Shown here: piece by piece, positions 50,297 through 60,687 of the stretch
Position numbering within the stretch: position 1 is the stretch's first letter
Layout of the letters: each line of letters starts with the position of its first letter
IMG/VR virus record: IMGVR_UViG_3300029953_000002
Reading direction: 5' to 3' (one strand)
Length of the DNA stretch: 64,000 nucleotides
DNA from: an uncultured virus (IMG/VR IMGVR_UViG_3300029953_000002)
Taxonomy: Duplodnaviria; Heunggongvirae; Uroviricota; Caudoviricetes
Made by a program: the position numbers and the translations under genes
The notes under the pieces: model-generated
What the model saw: the letters and a program-made list of their open reading frames with translations, nothing else
Told to the model about the DNA's origin: nothing
The model's database searches: none

Positions 50297-51307
50297 TTAT
50301 TGAGAGATAATATCTTTCTCAATTTTATAATCTTTAAATACCCCATTTTGTTTATTCAACGCATAAAGAAGTCTCGGTGAATAAACATTAAAATACTTTG
50401 CTGCTTTAGTAATACTATCAAATCTTAAAATTTCATCTGATGTAGTTGATCTAAAAATAAGAGGCATTGATTCTCTTACTTTATCTGGTAAACTTCTTCT
50501 AGGTAAACTTCCTACCACATCTAACAATGGTTTGTCGTCGTATTTAAATATCCAATCTTTAAATGGCGTTCCTTTTTCAGATCTCACATAATGAGTTTGT
50601 ACTGATGAAAAAAATAAACCAAGTTCAGCGGCTAATCTTTCTAATGTATTACCAATTACAATTCTTCCATCTTTTACATTAGTGGCATACCAAGCACCAT
50701 ACATTACATCCCATTTATTTTCTTCATGATCATTTGAATCTAAAAAAGGCCATGGGCTTCCATCGTCAAATTTAAAAACAAACCATTTTTTAGTAAGTGT
50801 CCCGGCAGACTTAGATCTTAAATGTCGAGTAAAACGCTTCACGCTTAAGTTAAATTGTTTTGCACATTCAGTAATACTTGGAAATAACATAACACTATCA
50901 TTAAGAATGTGTCTAGCCATTACTACTTTCTTATTCCATAGAAAATTTAAAATAGCGTGTTTACTATTTTCAGAAGGAGTGAGCCATTCGAAGTTAGTTA
51001 ATGTGTTATTACTTTTATCGCCATCAATGTGAATAACTTCTAAATCTTCAAATTTTTTATCTAAATGTCGGTTTGGTCTACCTATAAATGTTAGAGCCAT
51101 TAAACGATGAATATAATAGTTTAATGTAGATCCTTGAAAATTAATGCTTATTTTCCAATACGCATCATTTATAGGCCCTGGTTTTATAAACTTACCTGTT
51201 CGTAAGTTTATAAATTTACCATCCGGGCTAACAACAACTATATCGTTCCCAGGAACATGATAAAAACCAGGATGTTCTTTACATTCTTTTGGTATTAATA
51301 TTTCCAT
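50297..51307 (-). CDS. Free-standing HNH homing endonuclease
   Basis: IHRLMALTF...HIDGDKSNNTLTNFEWLTPSENSKHA; NUMOD1-like repeats; same architecture as the intron HNH. Confidence 0.8.
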   Translation of the reverse strand: MEILIPKECKEHPGFYHVPGNDIVVVSPDGKFINLRTGKFIKPGPINDAYWKISINFQGSTLNYYIHRLMALTFIGRPNRHLDKKFEDLEVIHIDGDKSNNTLTNFEWLTPSENSKHAILNFLWNKKVVMARHILNDSVMLFPSITECAKQFNLSVKRFTRHLRSKSAGTLTKKWFVFKFDDGSPWPFLDSNDHEENKWDVMYGAWYATNVKDGRIVIGNTLERLAAELGLFFSSVQTHYVRSEKGTPFKDWIFKYDDKPLLDVVGSLPRRSLPDKVRESMPLIFRSTTSDEILRFDSITKAAKYFNVYSPRLLYALNKQNGVFKDYKIEKDIISQ

Positions 51308-51381
51308 ATTTTTCCTTATATAATTTGTATTTGACTCACATACTATATAAGGTTATAACGAGTAAAAAATTACTTTATTTT

Positions 51382-52710
51382 TTAAAATATAGCAGTTTTA
51401 ATATCCATTTCAGCTAACATTAGCCCTTTACTGTGCCCCGCGGACATAAATATATTTAAGAAGATTGATCCGTACTCAGTGATAGCAGAAGATATACCTT
51501 TTGGACTAGCTGCAAGTCTATCCCCTACACAACATGAGCAGTAATCTGTTTTATCTAGTTTACAATACATCGGACTACGTAACATTATCTTTTTACCAAT
51601 ATATGTTTTTGCTGTTTCTGCATCAGGCACACGAACACTACCAGATTCTGTCACTACACTAAAACCAATTAACTTCTTGTATGTTTTATCTGTAGGTTTA
51701 ATAACGTTTCCTAAACGACTACCGCAATCTTGGATCTTATCGGATACGACAATATTAGATGATGCACGCATTAACCATTTTACCAATTCACCACCTAACA
51801 TCGTGTTAGCGCCTCGGTTAAATGACCCTGCACGTAATGAATTATTCATAGCTGGGAAAGCACTGACGTCCCAACCTTCTTCTAGTGAGTTCTTAATAAG
51901 ATCAACATTCACTTTTTCTTCTAGACCTACTTCAGCACCAAGCATGCCAAAGAGTTTCTTACGAACGATATTAAAGGCTTTATCCTTAATTAAGAAACCT
52001 TCGCCTTCATCACCTTTCAAATAAGCACGATCAAACTTTACTAGTTCTGCATCTATTTTAGCAATAGTCGCGGGGTCATGTAAACGATCTTTATATTCTT
52101 CTATTAACTGCGCTTTAAAAGCAGCTATACCAGGTGCAGCGGTCATTGTTTTGCGCGTAGCAGCAGGTACGCACAATTGAGAAAATCCAGCTAAATAAAA
52201 TAACGCATTTGTAAACTTCAAATACTCATCTACGTAAATTGCTGAACTAGGACCAGGTTGTTCACGATCGGTGTCATTTTCTGGAGTATCTCTAAGTCTA
52301 TCGATAATAAGACTTTCTAACATTCCGGGTTTCCATTTTTGATAATTAATATATGGAATTTTATTACCAAATGGATATACTAATACCGCGTAGTTAGCTA
52401 ATAGGCGTCCATATGTCGTGTCAATTTCAACATCCAGATTAGGTACATCACCAGCACTAATAAGAAGATGTTCCTTTATGCCGTACAGAGGTTGTCCGGG
52501 GATGGCGTCTTCTACAATAGTCAATTGGTTATTATTGTTTGGGTCAACAAAGAAGTATCCGGTAGGCGTTGCTACTAAACGATACGCGTATGGTAGTTTA
52601 GTCCACGCTTCTTTATCTTCTTGTGTTAAACTAAACGCAGTGAATACCCAAGCCCTACGACGAAATTCTTCTTGTTTCATCGCAAGAAGAAACAATGTTC
52701 TCTTATCCAT
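51382..52710 (-). CDS. Virion RNA polymerase beta'-like subunit (phiKZ gp80-like)
   Basis: TTYGRLLAN, NSLEEGW, RAGSFNRG, DCGS, LRSPMYC...CSCCVG Zn site and FMSAGH: beta' C-terminal-half motifs. Confidence 0.8.
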   Translation of the reverse strand: MDKRTLFLLAMKQEEFRRRAWVFTAFSLTQEDKEAWTKLPYAYRLVATPTGYFFVDPNNNNQLTIVEDAIPGQPLYGIKEHLLISAGDVPNLDVEIDTTYGRLLANYAVLVYPFGNKIPYINYQKWKPGMLESLIIDRLRDTPENDTDREQPGPSSAIYVDEYLKFTNALFYLAGFSQLCVPAATRKTMTAAPGIAAFKAQLIEEYKDRLHDPATIAKIDAELVKFDRAYLKGDEGEGFLIKDKAFNIVRKKLFGMLGAEVGLEEKVNVDLIKNSLEEGWDVSAFPAMNNSLRAGSFNRGANTMLGGELVKWLMRASSNIVVSDKIQDCGSRLGNVIKPTDKTYKKLIGFSVVTESGSVRVPDAETAKTYIGKKIMLRSPMYCKLDKTDYCSCCVGDRLAASPKGISSAITEYGSIFLNIFMSAGHSKGLMLAEMDIKTAIF

Positions 52711-53548
52711 TTTGAGTGTTCCTTTGTAATTGAATCTGATAAGCAGAAACAATATTCATAATTTTAGTAGTGTGCTCAATGCCGCTAATAAAGTTTTCTA
52801 AATTATCAATAATAATAGCTTGCGGATTATCACAACCGTCTTGACTAGCTAAGGCCATTGCATATAATTCTTGCGCAGCGTACTCAGGTGTCATTTCTTC
52901 TAACTTTCTACCGATCGTATTAGCGTATAGTAAGAAAGGATAACCAACGGTTAGGCCGTTATGGATTAAACCAACAATAGTTAATGCGGGGTTATTTGTT
53001 AGACTAATAAATTCTTTTAACGCATCAGTATGTTTCTTATTTATTGCACGTACTTCGTCAGATATATCACCACCACATTCGGCTTCGATTAGATCTTTAA
53101 TAAGCCCAATAACGCGATGTGTTACTGAGTGAATATATGGTAATATTTCATCTGCTGTCTTTGAAGTAACTAATGCAACAATCTCAGCAAATACTTCTTC
53201 AGGACTTTCATCTATTTGGATGGTACGTAAAAGCGCATCTTTATCATCATACATCTGAACAATTGATAAAGCATTAATAAACATTGTACGAATTTGCATC
53301 GTAGCATCGTCGTTAATAAACACACCGTGTTCTTCTAATATTTGATGCTGGATATTGTTTGTTAATAGGACGATTGATTGTACTGTAATACCAGCATCGA
53401 CTAAATCATCTACCATTAGAATAGATTCAAAACCATCTTGGTAGTCGTCTTTACCTATTTTATAAAAGGCTTTATGTGCATCTTCAATTGTTGTTTTTAA
53501 TTCTGGTGTTACCGCACTAGCTAAGTAGTTAGACAATACATCAAACAT
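52703..53548 (-). CDS. Conserved phiKZ-like protein (gp79-like)
   Basis: 281 aa; overlaps the start of the RNAP subunit gene; synteny. Confidence 0.5.
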   Translation of the reverse strand: MFDVLSNYLASAVTPELKTTIEDAHKAFYKIGKDDYQDGFESILMVDDLVDAGITVQSIVLLTNNIQHQILEEHGVFINDDATMQIRTMFINALSIVQMYDDKDALLRTIQIDESPEEVFAEIVALVTSKTADEILPYIHSVTHRVIGLIKDLIEAECGGDISDEVRAINKKHTDALKEFISLTNNPALTIVGLIHNGLTVGYPFLLYANTIGRKLEEMTPEYAAQELYAMALASQDGCDNPQAIIIDNLENFISGIEHTTKIMNIVSAYQIQLQRNTQNG

Positions 53549-53690
53549 AATGACCTCGAAAATAGGTTAAAAAAATACAGTAGTGCTAAATCGTTTAGTA
53601 ACATGTATGGTTTATACACATTGCATATAGTAAAGGTAGTCAAATCATGAGGCTAACCACTACTTTTTTAATATTTATAGGTGAGACAAG

Positions 53691-54320
53691 ATGACGAAGA
53701 AAAGTAACGCGCGAGTAGCCCGTGACACCCATGAAAAGGCTATGAAAGATCAATTAAAAGATAATACGTGCTGGGATGATTTAAATGATATTTATAATCA
53801 ATGCACTAACTTGTTAGCACAACATGCACACATTGCTATATTTTCACGTAACACTACATTGGTAGAAAAGGTAGCTGATAAGAAAAGTTTGATTGGTCTT
53901 ATTAATCTATTATCACATGATCTCAGTGTTTTGAACGATGAATTAAATTCTATCCACAAATCACATGCTGATAAACGAGGCGGTAGTCATGATCCTGATG
54001 AAGTCATGCACAGCATTACGATCTATGAGCACTATAATTTGTTTATGGAGCGTCATCAAGCAGTAGTGATGCCTACGGCTCTTCAAATCACAGAACACTT
54101 CGATCAAGCAGAACGTGAGCTAGTGCGTGCAGGACAAGCAGAACGCGAACGCATTGCACAAACTGAAGAAGGTCGTGAAGCTCTTGCTGAACAAGATGAA
54201 ATTACCCAGCAGATTAACGACGCTGAAAAAGCAACTGGGGAAGATATCGAACGTCGTATCGAAGCAAACAAAGTAGTCGATGTCGAGTTTACCGAAGTAA
54301 AAGAAACAACATCTCTGTAA
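53691..54320 (+). CDS. Conserved coiled-coil protein (phiKZ gp78-like position)
   Basis: 209 aa, helical; AGGTG RBS; divergent from the gp79-like gene. Confidence 0.5.
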   Translation: MTKKSNARVARDTHEKAMKDQLKDNTCWDDLNDIYNQCTNLLAQHAHIAIFSRNTTLVEKVADKKSLIGLINLLSHDLSVLNDELNSIHKSHADKRGGSHDPDEVMHSITIYEHYNLFMERHQAVVMPTALQITEHFDQAERELVRAGQAERERIAQTEEGREALAEQDEITQQINDAEKATGEDIERRIEANKVVDVEFTEVKETTSL

Positions 54321-54356
54321 TGTACCGAATTAAATAGTCGAATAATTGGAAACAAA

Positions 54357-55931
54357 ATGACCACAGAAAATAATGATAGTCCGATCGTCCATAATTTACA
54401 TTCAGAACACCTTCATGTAAAGACAGGCGTCGTCGTTAATCAAGAGCAACCTCTAATCGCTCCTGACATTCAAACTACATATCCTGTTACTGAGAATGCT
54501 TCCGTGACTGAACCTATTCCTACAGATGAAAAACAAGAAGTCGCAGGGGAAAATAAACCTAACACAATTCAAGAATACGAAACTTCTTTTCCTTTAACTG
54601 AAAAAGATAAGAATGAAGATGCTCTTTTAGCACTTCCTTCCGATACGCAAGATAAAATAAACGAAGCAATTAATAATCTTCCAAACGTTTCTATTGAGGG
54701 AACTAAAACAGGAGATCGTTGGATTGAAACAATCGACGCTGCTCGTTTCGCTGTACCGTACAATGACTGGTTTGCTAATACTGTAAATCGCTCAGAAAGC
54801 TACTTCCGACAAGTTGTTGAATCTGAAAAAACAAAGCTTAATGCTGCGTCGCCTAAGTTCAATGATAAAAGCACTGTACTCACTGGAGAAGCAGCTGTCC
54901 ACCGTGTACGCGCGTTACTTGGCATTGGCAGCGTTATTCAAATACCGTTATGGCATTCTGGTTTTTGGATTACACTAAAAGCACCAACTGAAGGAATGTT
55001 GCTAGAACTTAGCCGTCGTTTATCTGAAGAAAAGATTACGTTAGGTCGTCAAACTTATGGTTTGGCGTTTGCTAATACTTCTTCATTCTTTACCGGTTGG
55101 TTAATGGATTTTGCTATTGCAAACATTTACGACAAGACACTCAAGTCGGATATCAGTGAAGCAGAAATGAGAACGTTTATTTCATGTCTTGATATTCCTA
55201 CTATCGCATGGGGCATAGCTTGTGTTATATGGCCTCAAGGGTTTTTGTATGCGCGTTCTGTGATGGATCAGGAAAGCGAACCAAACAAAGTTATTAAAGA
55301 ACGTTTAAACCTCACTAAACTACTATGGACAGATACAAGCGCGTTATCACCATGGCAGGTTGCACACATGGCACAGCGTCACGGTAACACAATGACAAGA
55401 GAAGCGCTTACTCGTTATCGCGATGAATTCACTCGTGGTAAAGGACGAAATATTAAACTGACTGAAGAATTAGAGATGACGTTACGTGTGCCAAACATGG
55501 ACCAATATTTACAATCCGGTCAAAAATGGATTAATAACATTGTTACAATGGTTGATAACGCATTTGCTTTACCGCCTAATGAAGGTGTTAGAGATCAGTA
55601 CATTTTAAATCAAGGTAAAGCAACAAACATGCGGCAGTTTGCGCATTTCGTTGAATCTATATCGCCTGGTAATGGCATTATTCAGGATGCTGAAACAATT
55701 GATATCACAATCGATGCTCTGACATCCAGCGATGAAGTTCGTGATAATTATTTTAAAGGCATTCGTTCTTTTACTGAAGATTCTACTATATCTGTTGTTG
55801 CTATTCCAGCTACAGAAAAGACAGATAAATCAAATCTTCCACGTTTCCCACATCTGTTGCCGTTAGATGTGTTATCCGTGTTTTTTATCCTGCTCGTGCA
55901 GAAAGTACAACAGATAGAGAGTCGGGCATAA
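54357..55931 (+). CDS. Conserved phiKZ-like protein (gp77-like)
   Basis: 524 aa; QIPLWHSGFWITLKAP, LGRQTYGLAFAN, LLPLDVLSVFF motifs; synteny. Confidence 0.55.
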   Translation: MTTENNDSPIVHNLHSEHLHVKTGVVVNQEQPLIAPDIQTTYPVTENASVTEPIPTDEKQEVAGENKPNTIQEYETSFPLTEKDKNEDALLALPSDTQDKINEAINNLPNVSIEGTKTGDRWIETIDAARFAVPYNDWFANTVNRSESYFRQVVESEKTKLNAASPKFNDKSTVLTGEAAVHRVRALLGIGSVIQIPLWHSGFWITLKAPTEGMLLELSRRLSEEKITLGRQTYGLAFANTSSFFTGWLMDFAIANIYDKTLKSDISEAEMRTFISCLDIPTIAWGIACVIWPQGFLYARSVMDQESEPNKVIKERLNLTKLLWTDTSALSPWQVAHMAQRHGNTMTREALTRYRDEFTRGKGRNIKLTEELEMTLRVPNMDQYLQSGQKWINNIVTMVDNAFALPPNEGVRDQYILNQGKATNMRQFAHFVESISPGNGIIQDAETIDITIDALTSSDEVRDNYFKGIRSFTEDSTISVVAIPATEKTDKSNLPRFPHLLPLDVLSVFFILLVQKVQQIESRA

Positions 55932-55951
55932 CGCACGACCCTGAGATTCAT

Positions 55952-56359
55952 GTGGCATACCCAGCGTTTGGTGAAAAGTTTACTATAACAGAAGTATTAA
56001 CTGATCTGTTAAAAACAGCGCCTATTTTATGTCCATCAGATGTAGCGATTTTATTAAGAGATCGTTACGAAACGACGTATGGAATCTTCAATCATGAACA
56101 ATTGATTGAAGAAAAACCATTAGCGTTGGTGGCTATGCAATGGAGTGAAAACTCCACGCTGGGTTGTACACTGTACGAGCGAATAGAGCAATTTAAAGAA
56201 TTTGATGTTGGTAAACATTTCAACATTAGTATTAAAGATTTTTTTGATTTACCAAGTGATGTTTGTAGAAAACTAATTGAGGTAAGTAAAAAGAGTCAAG
56301 GCGCAACAGAAACAGCTGCCCAAGAAGTTTTAAAAGACTTAGAGAACAGTATAAAATAA
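55952..56359 (+). CDS. Conserved phiKZ-like protein (gp76-like)
   Basis: YETTYGIFNH and FNISIKDFFDLP motifs. Confidence 0.5.
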   Translation: MAYPAFGEKFTITEVLTDLLKTAPILCPSDVAILLRDRYETTYGIFNHEQLIEEKPLALVAMQWSENSTLGCTLYERIEQFKEFDVGKHFNISIKDFFDLPSDVCRKLIEVSKKSQGATETAAQEVLKDLENSIK

Positions 56360-56397
56360 ATGTATTTGTTTATCCACCATAGCTCGAAAGGAATATC

Positions 56398-56610
56398 ATG
56401 TTTGGATTCATTGGTTTAATTGTTGTTTTAGTAATTGCTTATTTTGCTTATCGTATTTATACCGGCAAATCAACAGCTGCGGAAGTAGCCGCTGAAGTAA
56501 CAGCAGATGTAACTAAAACCGTTGACGCTACAGCTGATGCTGTAAGTGATGTAAAAGCCGTAGTGTCGGTAGCAGAAGCTGTAAGTCCGTCTACGACATC
56601 TAATAATTAA
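56398..56610 (+). CDS. Small single-pass membrane protein
   Basis: N-terminal TM helix; AAGGA RBS. Confidence 0.55.
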   Translation: MFGFIGLIVVLVIAYFAYRIYTGKSTAAEVAAEVTADVTKTVDATADAVSDVKAVVSVAEAVSPSTTSNN

Positions 56611-56614
56611 CATC

Positions 56615-56998
56615 ATGGTTAAGCATGGTGTGGCTCCATTTCTAGAATGCAGTTCTCGTGGAGACAAACGTTTCTCTGCTTTCTATGCGCGATTACGCCC
56701 TTATGGCGGTAAATGCATAGAAGAGATTTACCAAGCTGCAAAAGTATTTGACGATGGAGAAACTGGGTTAACTCCTAAACTTGCTAAAGAGAAACAAAAA
56801 ACGTGTAAAGTCGTTAATCTGTCAGAGGTTCGTGTCTTGTATTCAAAACTATGGGGTATGTATATTGATAGAGATCCTATCTTGTTAGAAGTGTTGGTTA
56901 ATGCTAGTGGATTATCTGATATGTTTGGTCAGGAAGGGCATGTTTGTCAAGCGACAGAACTTTTTAGAATAAGAAATGCTAGTATGTCTTATAGTTGA
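56615..56998 (+). CDS. NADAR-like (DarT1-antitoxin-type) protein
   Basis: LECSSRG..FSAFYA...IEEIYQAAKVFD resembles the LEISSK..LSAFNL...VExxFQxSKVFE pattern recalled for DarT1-associated NADARs. Confidence 0.45.
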   Translation: MVKHGVAPFLECSSRGDKRFSAFYARLRPYGGKCIEEIYQAAKVFDDGETGLTPKLAKEKQKTCKVVNLSEVRVLYSKLWGMYIDRDPILLEVLVNASGLSDMFGQEGHVCQATELFRIRNASMSYS

Positions 56999-57047
56999 TA
57001 TTTTATGAAGTACCCTGTAGTTAATTGATTTTGAAAAGGAAACAAAA

Positions 57048-57431
57048 ATGTTCACTCCGTTAGATATTGCTTTGTTTATTGTTATTGCTGTACTGGTTAT
57101 CTACATTCTATTGCAACATGTGACGGCATTCAAGACCGCTGTTACTACTGTTCTAGCAGATGCAAAAACAGACATTGCTGTTTTGCAAAAAGATTTGGAA
57201 GCTGTTAAAACTTCTACTCTCAATGAGCTTACTAGTATCAAAGGTAAGTTGAGTTCTTCTGCGCCTCAAGCAGCACCGGTCGCTGCCCCGGTAGTGCCTG
57301 CTACACCGGTCCCTGTAGCTGCTCCAGTATCTGCTGGTGATACTGTAGCTCCTATCGCTCAAGCAGCTCCTGTGACCCCGCCTGCACCTACTGCTGTCGT
57401 TCCTGCTGCAGTTGTACCGGCTGCGCAATAA
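57048..57431 (+). CDS. Single-pass membrane protein with coiled coil and Pro/Ala tail
   Basis: TM helix IALFIVIAVLVIYILL; AAGGA RBS. Confidence 0.55.
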   Translation: MFTPLDIALFIVIAVLVIYILLQHVTAFKTAVTTVLADAKTDIAVLQKDLEAVKTSTLNELTSIKGKLSSSAPQAAPVAAPVVPATPVPVAAPVSAGDTVAPIAQAAPVTPPAPTAVVPAAVVPAAQ

Positions 57432-57507
57432 AGTGTAAGAACTACAAATGCCAAATGGGATAAAACCTGTTTGGCATTTATGCCGTTATAATAAACAAAA
57501 AAAATAA

Positions 57508-57545
57508 GGCATAAAGCCAGAGGAGTTTTATCTCCTCTGGCAATA
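57508..57545. terminator. Bidirectional hairpin terminator between convergent genes
   Basis: gccagagga...tctctggc with ggcataa flank. Confidence 0.6.
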
Positions 57546-57563
57546 CATCTCACCGATATCGCA

Positions 57564-57902
57564 TTACTTCACGGTATCAAATCCAACCCTGGTCAACGCA
57601 AGGTGGATGTCGTCCATGTCACTAGGAGTCATGTCTATTCCATTAAAAACCGTTGACAACTTAAGCTTCAGACTGTCTGGACATTCAGGAAGAGCAGCGA
57701 ACGTGCACATAAACATGTACATCCATTCAAGTGACGCCAGATCAAATTCCTTTCCTTTGATCTTAGCAGACAATTTAATGGTTGACACCTTACGCGCCGT
57801 ATCCACTACCTTACCAATGCCTAACATTTCTTCCGCTTCACCAAGTGTCAGAGAAGCACCCTTTATCGATATGCAGATTTCAAGCAAAAGGCACGTCAAC
57901 AA
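57564..57902 (-). CDS. Hypothetical protein (possibly the frameshifted C-terminal part of the upstream gene)
   Basis: 112-aa ORF overlapping 57880..58629. Confidence 0.4.
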   Translation of the reverse strand: MLTCLLLEICISIKGASLTLGEAEEMLGIGKVVDTARKVSTIKLSAKIKGKEFDLASLEWMYMFMCTFAALPECPDSLKLKLSTVFNGIDMTPSDMDDIHLALTRVGFDTVK

Positions 57903-58629
57903 CAGCTTCAGCTTCAGTTGCGCGCGGTGGCTGATTCGTATTACCAGATATAAACATTGGTGAAATGGGCATCACTTTACCATTGTCCACAACATTTGAA
58001 GCTATACCTGTTGACGGTGTTGGTACTATCACTGGTACTAAAGGAGACGATACCGGTACAACGTGGTTAACCGTGCGACGTGTCGTTTGTTTTGGCATTG
58101 GTGGATTACCCTTTAACGAATACATCAACACATGTTTACCATTTCTTCCTTTCTCACCAGGAACACGGGTTAGCCAACCTTTGCCACCGTCGTATAATGC
58201 GGACATCGCTGACCTCACAGCATCTGCGCTAAGACCAACGTCAGCGGTTAGTATTCCGATCTCGTCAGCGCTCAATGGTGAAAGCGCTTTCAATATCTTC
58301 CAAACGGCCACGTTAGTGCAGTCGAACTTCGACAAAGGTAATTCGGCTTCGTTGGTGACGAATGACTCTGTCGCTGCGGTAATGAACTTTGCATTGTGAT
58401 CGTCAAATTCATTCACTGCGTCAACAGTAATGCTAGCAGGCATCAGGTCAAGATAGAGTGAAGATGGAATAGTGGTGGTTCCATCTTCACTCACCGTCAT
58501 TGCTGATTTAATTCTATCGCGCATTAGCAAAATCGTTGACGGTGCTGGTGCTGGTTCAACAATTGCAACAGGAGGGTTATTTTCCTTACCTGGTTTCGCC
58601 GGAACCTTCTTCGGCCAAGGGCTGTTCAA
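57880..58629 (-). CDS. Winged-helix-domain protein (true start probably upstream, ~58786, across a frameshift)
   Basis: VWKILKALSPLSADEIG...AVRSAMSALYDGGKGWLTRV; the AAGGAG RBS precedes MSLHKKRK in the overlapping ORF 58586..58822. Confidence 0.5.
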   Translation of the reverse strand: MNSPWPKKVPAKPGKENNPPVAIVEPAPAPSTILLMRDRIKSAMTVSEDGTTTIPSSLYLDLMPASITVDAVNEFDDHNAKFITAATESFVTNEAELPLSKFDCTNVAVWKILKALSPLSADEIGILTADVGLSADAVRSAMSALYDGGKGWLTRVPGEKGRNGKHVLMYSLKGNPPMPKQTTRRTVNHVVPVSSPLVPVIVPTPSTGIASNVVDNGKVMPISPMFISGNTNQPPRATEAEAVVDVPFA

Positions 58630-58862
58630 CCCTAGTGAGCGTAAATCTAGGCTTAGCTGGAACGACAGACGATGACAATGAGTTCATACTTTCTCCATTT
58701 TCTTCAGTTGTGACAACACTACCTAGTAACAAACTACCCAGTGCAGAAAATTCTGTGACTTTCCTTTTCTTATGTAAAGACATTTCTACTTCTCCTTTTT
58801 TATACACGGTATAAAAGCACACTCACTGACCCGCTACTCCTATACGGATCAGTAAATTACTC

Positions 58863-59261
58863 TTAAAATAAACCATCGACATAGTTGTGGTCACATTCGA
58901 CCATGTATGAATGATGACAATCAGAACACAACATCCCGTTCCCACGATTAGGCATTGTCGGTGCATGACATTGAGGGCAGACAGGTGAATCTTTCTCATC
59001 CCCAGGAATTCTTGAATCCCCACGCTGATACATTTGTGGAAATCCATATTCATTGGCGTCCTCGTAAAATTCATATTCGCCACCAAAACGCGCAGTTTCT
59101 CTTTCAGCATCCATTTCAGCATCGAGATCGGCACAATGAATGTCGTCCATACGTTTTTCTTCTGGGGTCACTGTGTCAGTCGAACCTATGAGTTCTGCTT
59201 TTAGTTCAACATCTTCGTCTAGCGCGTAACGTATTTCGTCACGATTTAACTTACCCATCAT
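58863..59261 (-). CDS. Acidic protein with C-terminal Zn ribbon
   Basis: CPQC...CSDC; AAGGAG RBS before MMGKLNR. Confidence 0.55.
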   Translation of the reverse strand: MMGKLNRDEIRYALDEDVELKAELIGSTDTVTPEEKRMDDIHCADLDAEMDAERETARFGGEYEFYEDANEYGFPQMYQRGDSRIPGDEKDSPVCPQCHAPTMPNRGNGMLCSDCHHSYMVECDHNYVDGLF

Positions 59262-59487
59262 TTCTCCTTTCGATAGTATCTGGAATATAAGAAGTAATTG
59301 CAATAAAATTCAAAACAGGACGAAATAATCCTTTACCGTTATACTGCTCAATTCTTTCGACCTTATCGAGATCGTGTAGAACCAAATAATTCTTTTGGTC
59401 TTGAACCACAATTGTTACAGTTTCATTTTTTTGCAGACTGTCAGAATAAGCTAAGTCCACAATCGCTTTCAGTTCCGTTAAAGTCAT
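59251..59487 (-). CDS. Hypothetical protein
   Basis: AAGGA RBS; 78 aa. Confidence 0.5.
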   Translation of the reverse strand: MTLTELKAIVDLAYSDSLQKNETVTIVVQDQKNYLVLHDLDKVERIEQYNGKGLFRPVLNFIAITSYIPDTIERRNDG

Positions 59488-59511
59488 TATATTTTCCTTT
59501 CATTAAAAACA

Positions 59512-59724
59512 TTATCGAAACAGGGTGCGATATCCAGAATCAACAGGCAGTGAAAGATATGAGCTAGCGAGTTTACTATCTGGTTTAGCGTGAATTATAT
59601 TTCTAACAAATCCACCAGCTTCTTTTAAAGACCAACTTGTCTCGCCACGAACAAATTTAACAGCCTCGTGGCATTGCATTTCTGAAGCAAGTTCCTTCAA
59701 CGTCTGAATATCTTCGTCAGTCAT
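59512..59724 (-). CDS. Small protein with ribosomal L7/L12-CTD-like motif
   Basis: EAVKFVRGETSWSLKEAGGFV resembles AIKxVRxxTGxGLKEAKxxV. Confidence 0.45.
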   Translation of the reverse strand: MTDEDIQTLKELASEMQCHEAVKFVRGETSWSLKEAGGFVRNIIHAKPDSKLASSYLSLPVDSGYRTLFR

Positions 59725-59926
59725 AAAGCTACCCTCTCCTTAATAGTCTTCTGGTTTTGATGAAAGAAATGCTGTTTGTTCTTCAGAGCTACTAAGCGTA
59801 AGAGATTCTACGCCTGGTTTATTTTTGCTCTCAACAAATCATCGAGCGACGAAGCGATGCTGAGCTTCGTTAATTGCTTCGGCCCGCATTGCTTCATCGC
59901 ATATTTGTTTGTTCCTTTGATATTCT

Positions 59927-60460
59927 TCACGCTGCTGCGACGTCTCGATATTCCTGCATCTTAATATCTTCTTTAGCAAACTTATCCCGAAGTAGATCGC
60001 CAAGCGACATTGGTTTGGCATCAGACATCTCATCAATGACTTGTTTATCCCCTGGTAAAGGTTCTTCTGCGCCTTGTTCCTGTTCCAAGTCAAATGCATC
60101 GAGAATCTCTTCAGACATCGGAATATAATCTGCCATCCGATCAGCGTAACGCTGCGCTGCGCGTTGAGTCTTAAAAAGCCCATCACGCGAACACACAGGC
60201 ATTACATTCCCTGGTGATTTTATCCCATACTGTTCCAGCCATGGAAAATAGAGGCCGTTCCGTTCCCCGTCAATTACTTGACTGCAACCAAACATCCATG
60301 GATCTCCTGGTAAATCTGGAAACGGACGTGTAAGAATAACCAATCGAGACGGTTCTTTTACAAATACTTCACCATCACCGTTGATATAAACTGGCACTTC
60401 CCAGAATATCTTTCCATTCTTGATATCCTTTATTTTTACTGCACCTGATTTTGATGACAT
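59927..60460 (-). CDS. Hypothetical protein (3' end possibly frameshifted)
   Basis: GGAGG RBS before MSSKSGAVKIK. Confidence 0.5.
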   Translation of the reverse strand: MSSKSGAVKIKDIKNGKIFWEVPVYINGDGEVFVKEPSRLVILTRPFPDLPGDPWMFGCSQVIDGERNGLYFPWLEQYGIKSPGNVMPVCSRDGLFKTQRAAQRYADRMADYIPMSEEILDAFDLEQEQGAEEPLPGDKQVIDEMSDAKPMSLGDLLRDKFAKEDIKMQEYRDVAAA

Positions 60461-60687
60461 TTTATTCCTCCCTATTAGAAAGTTTCGGAGTTGGAGTTTC
60501 CATTTCCAAAGCATCCTTATCTTTTTGACGACTTTCACGATGTTTCATCATTTCACCAAACGTCATCGACTCCTTTTTCTGTTCAGCATAAAGTTCTTGA
60601 GTGCGGTAAAGCACCAGTTGAGGTTAATACCTGACCTGGGTATTTACATCCTGTCACTAACACATACTTCTTTGTCATGGTATTCTC

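Noticed and set aside
50297..51381. Second group I intron in the RNAP subunit gene
   Set aside because: The RNAP subunit ends after its Zn-site and FMSAGH motifs, and no intron core or downstream exon is visible.
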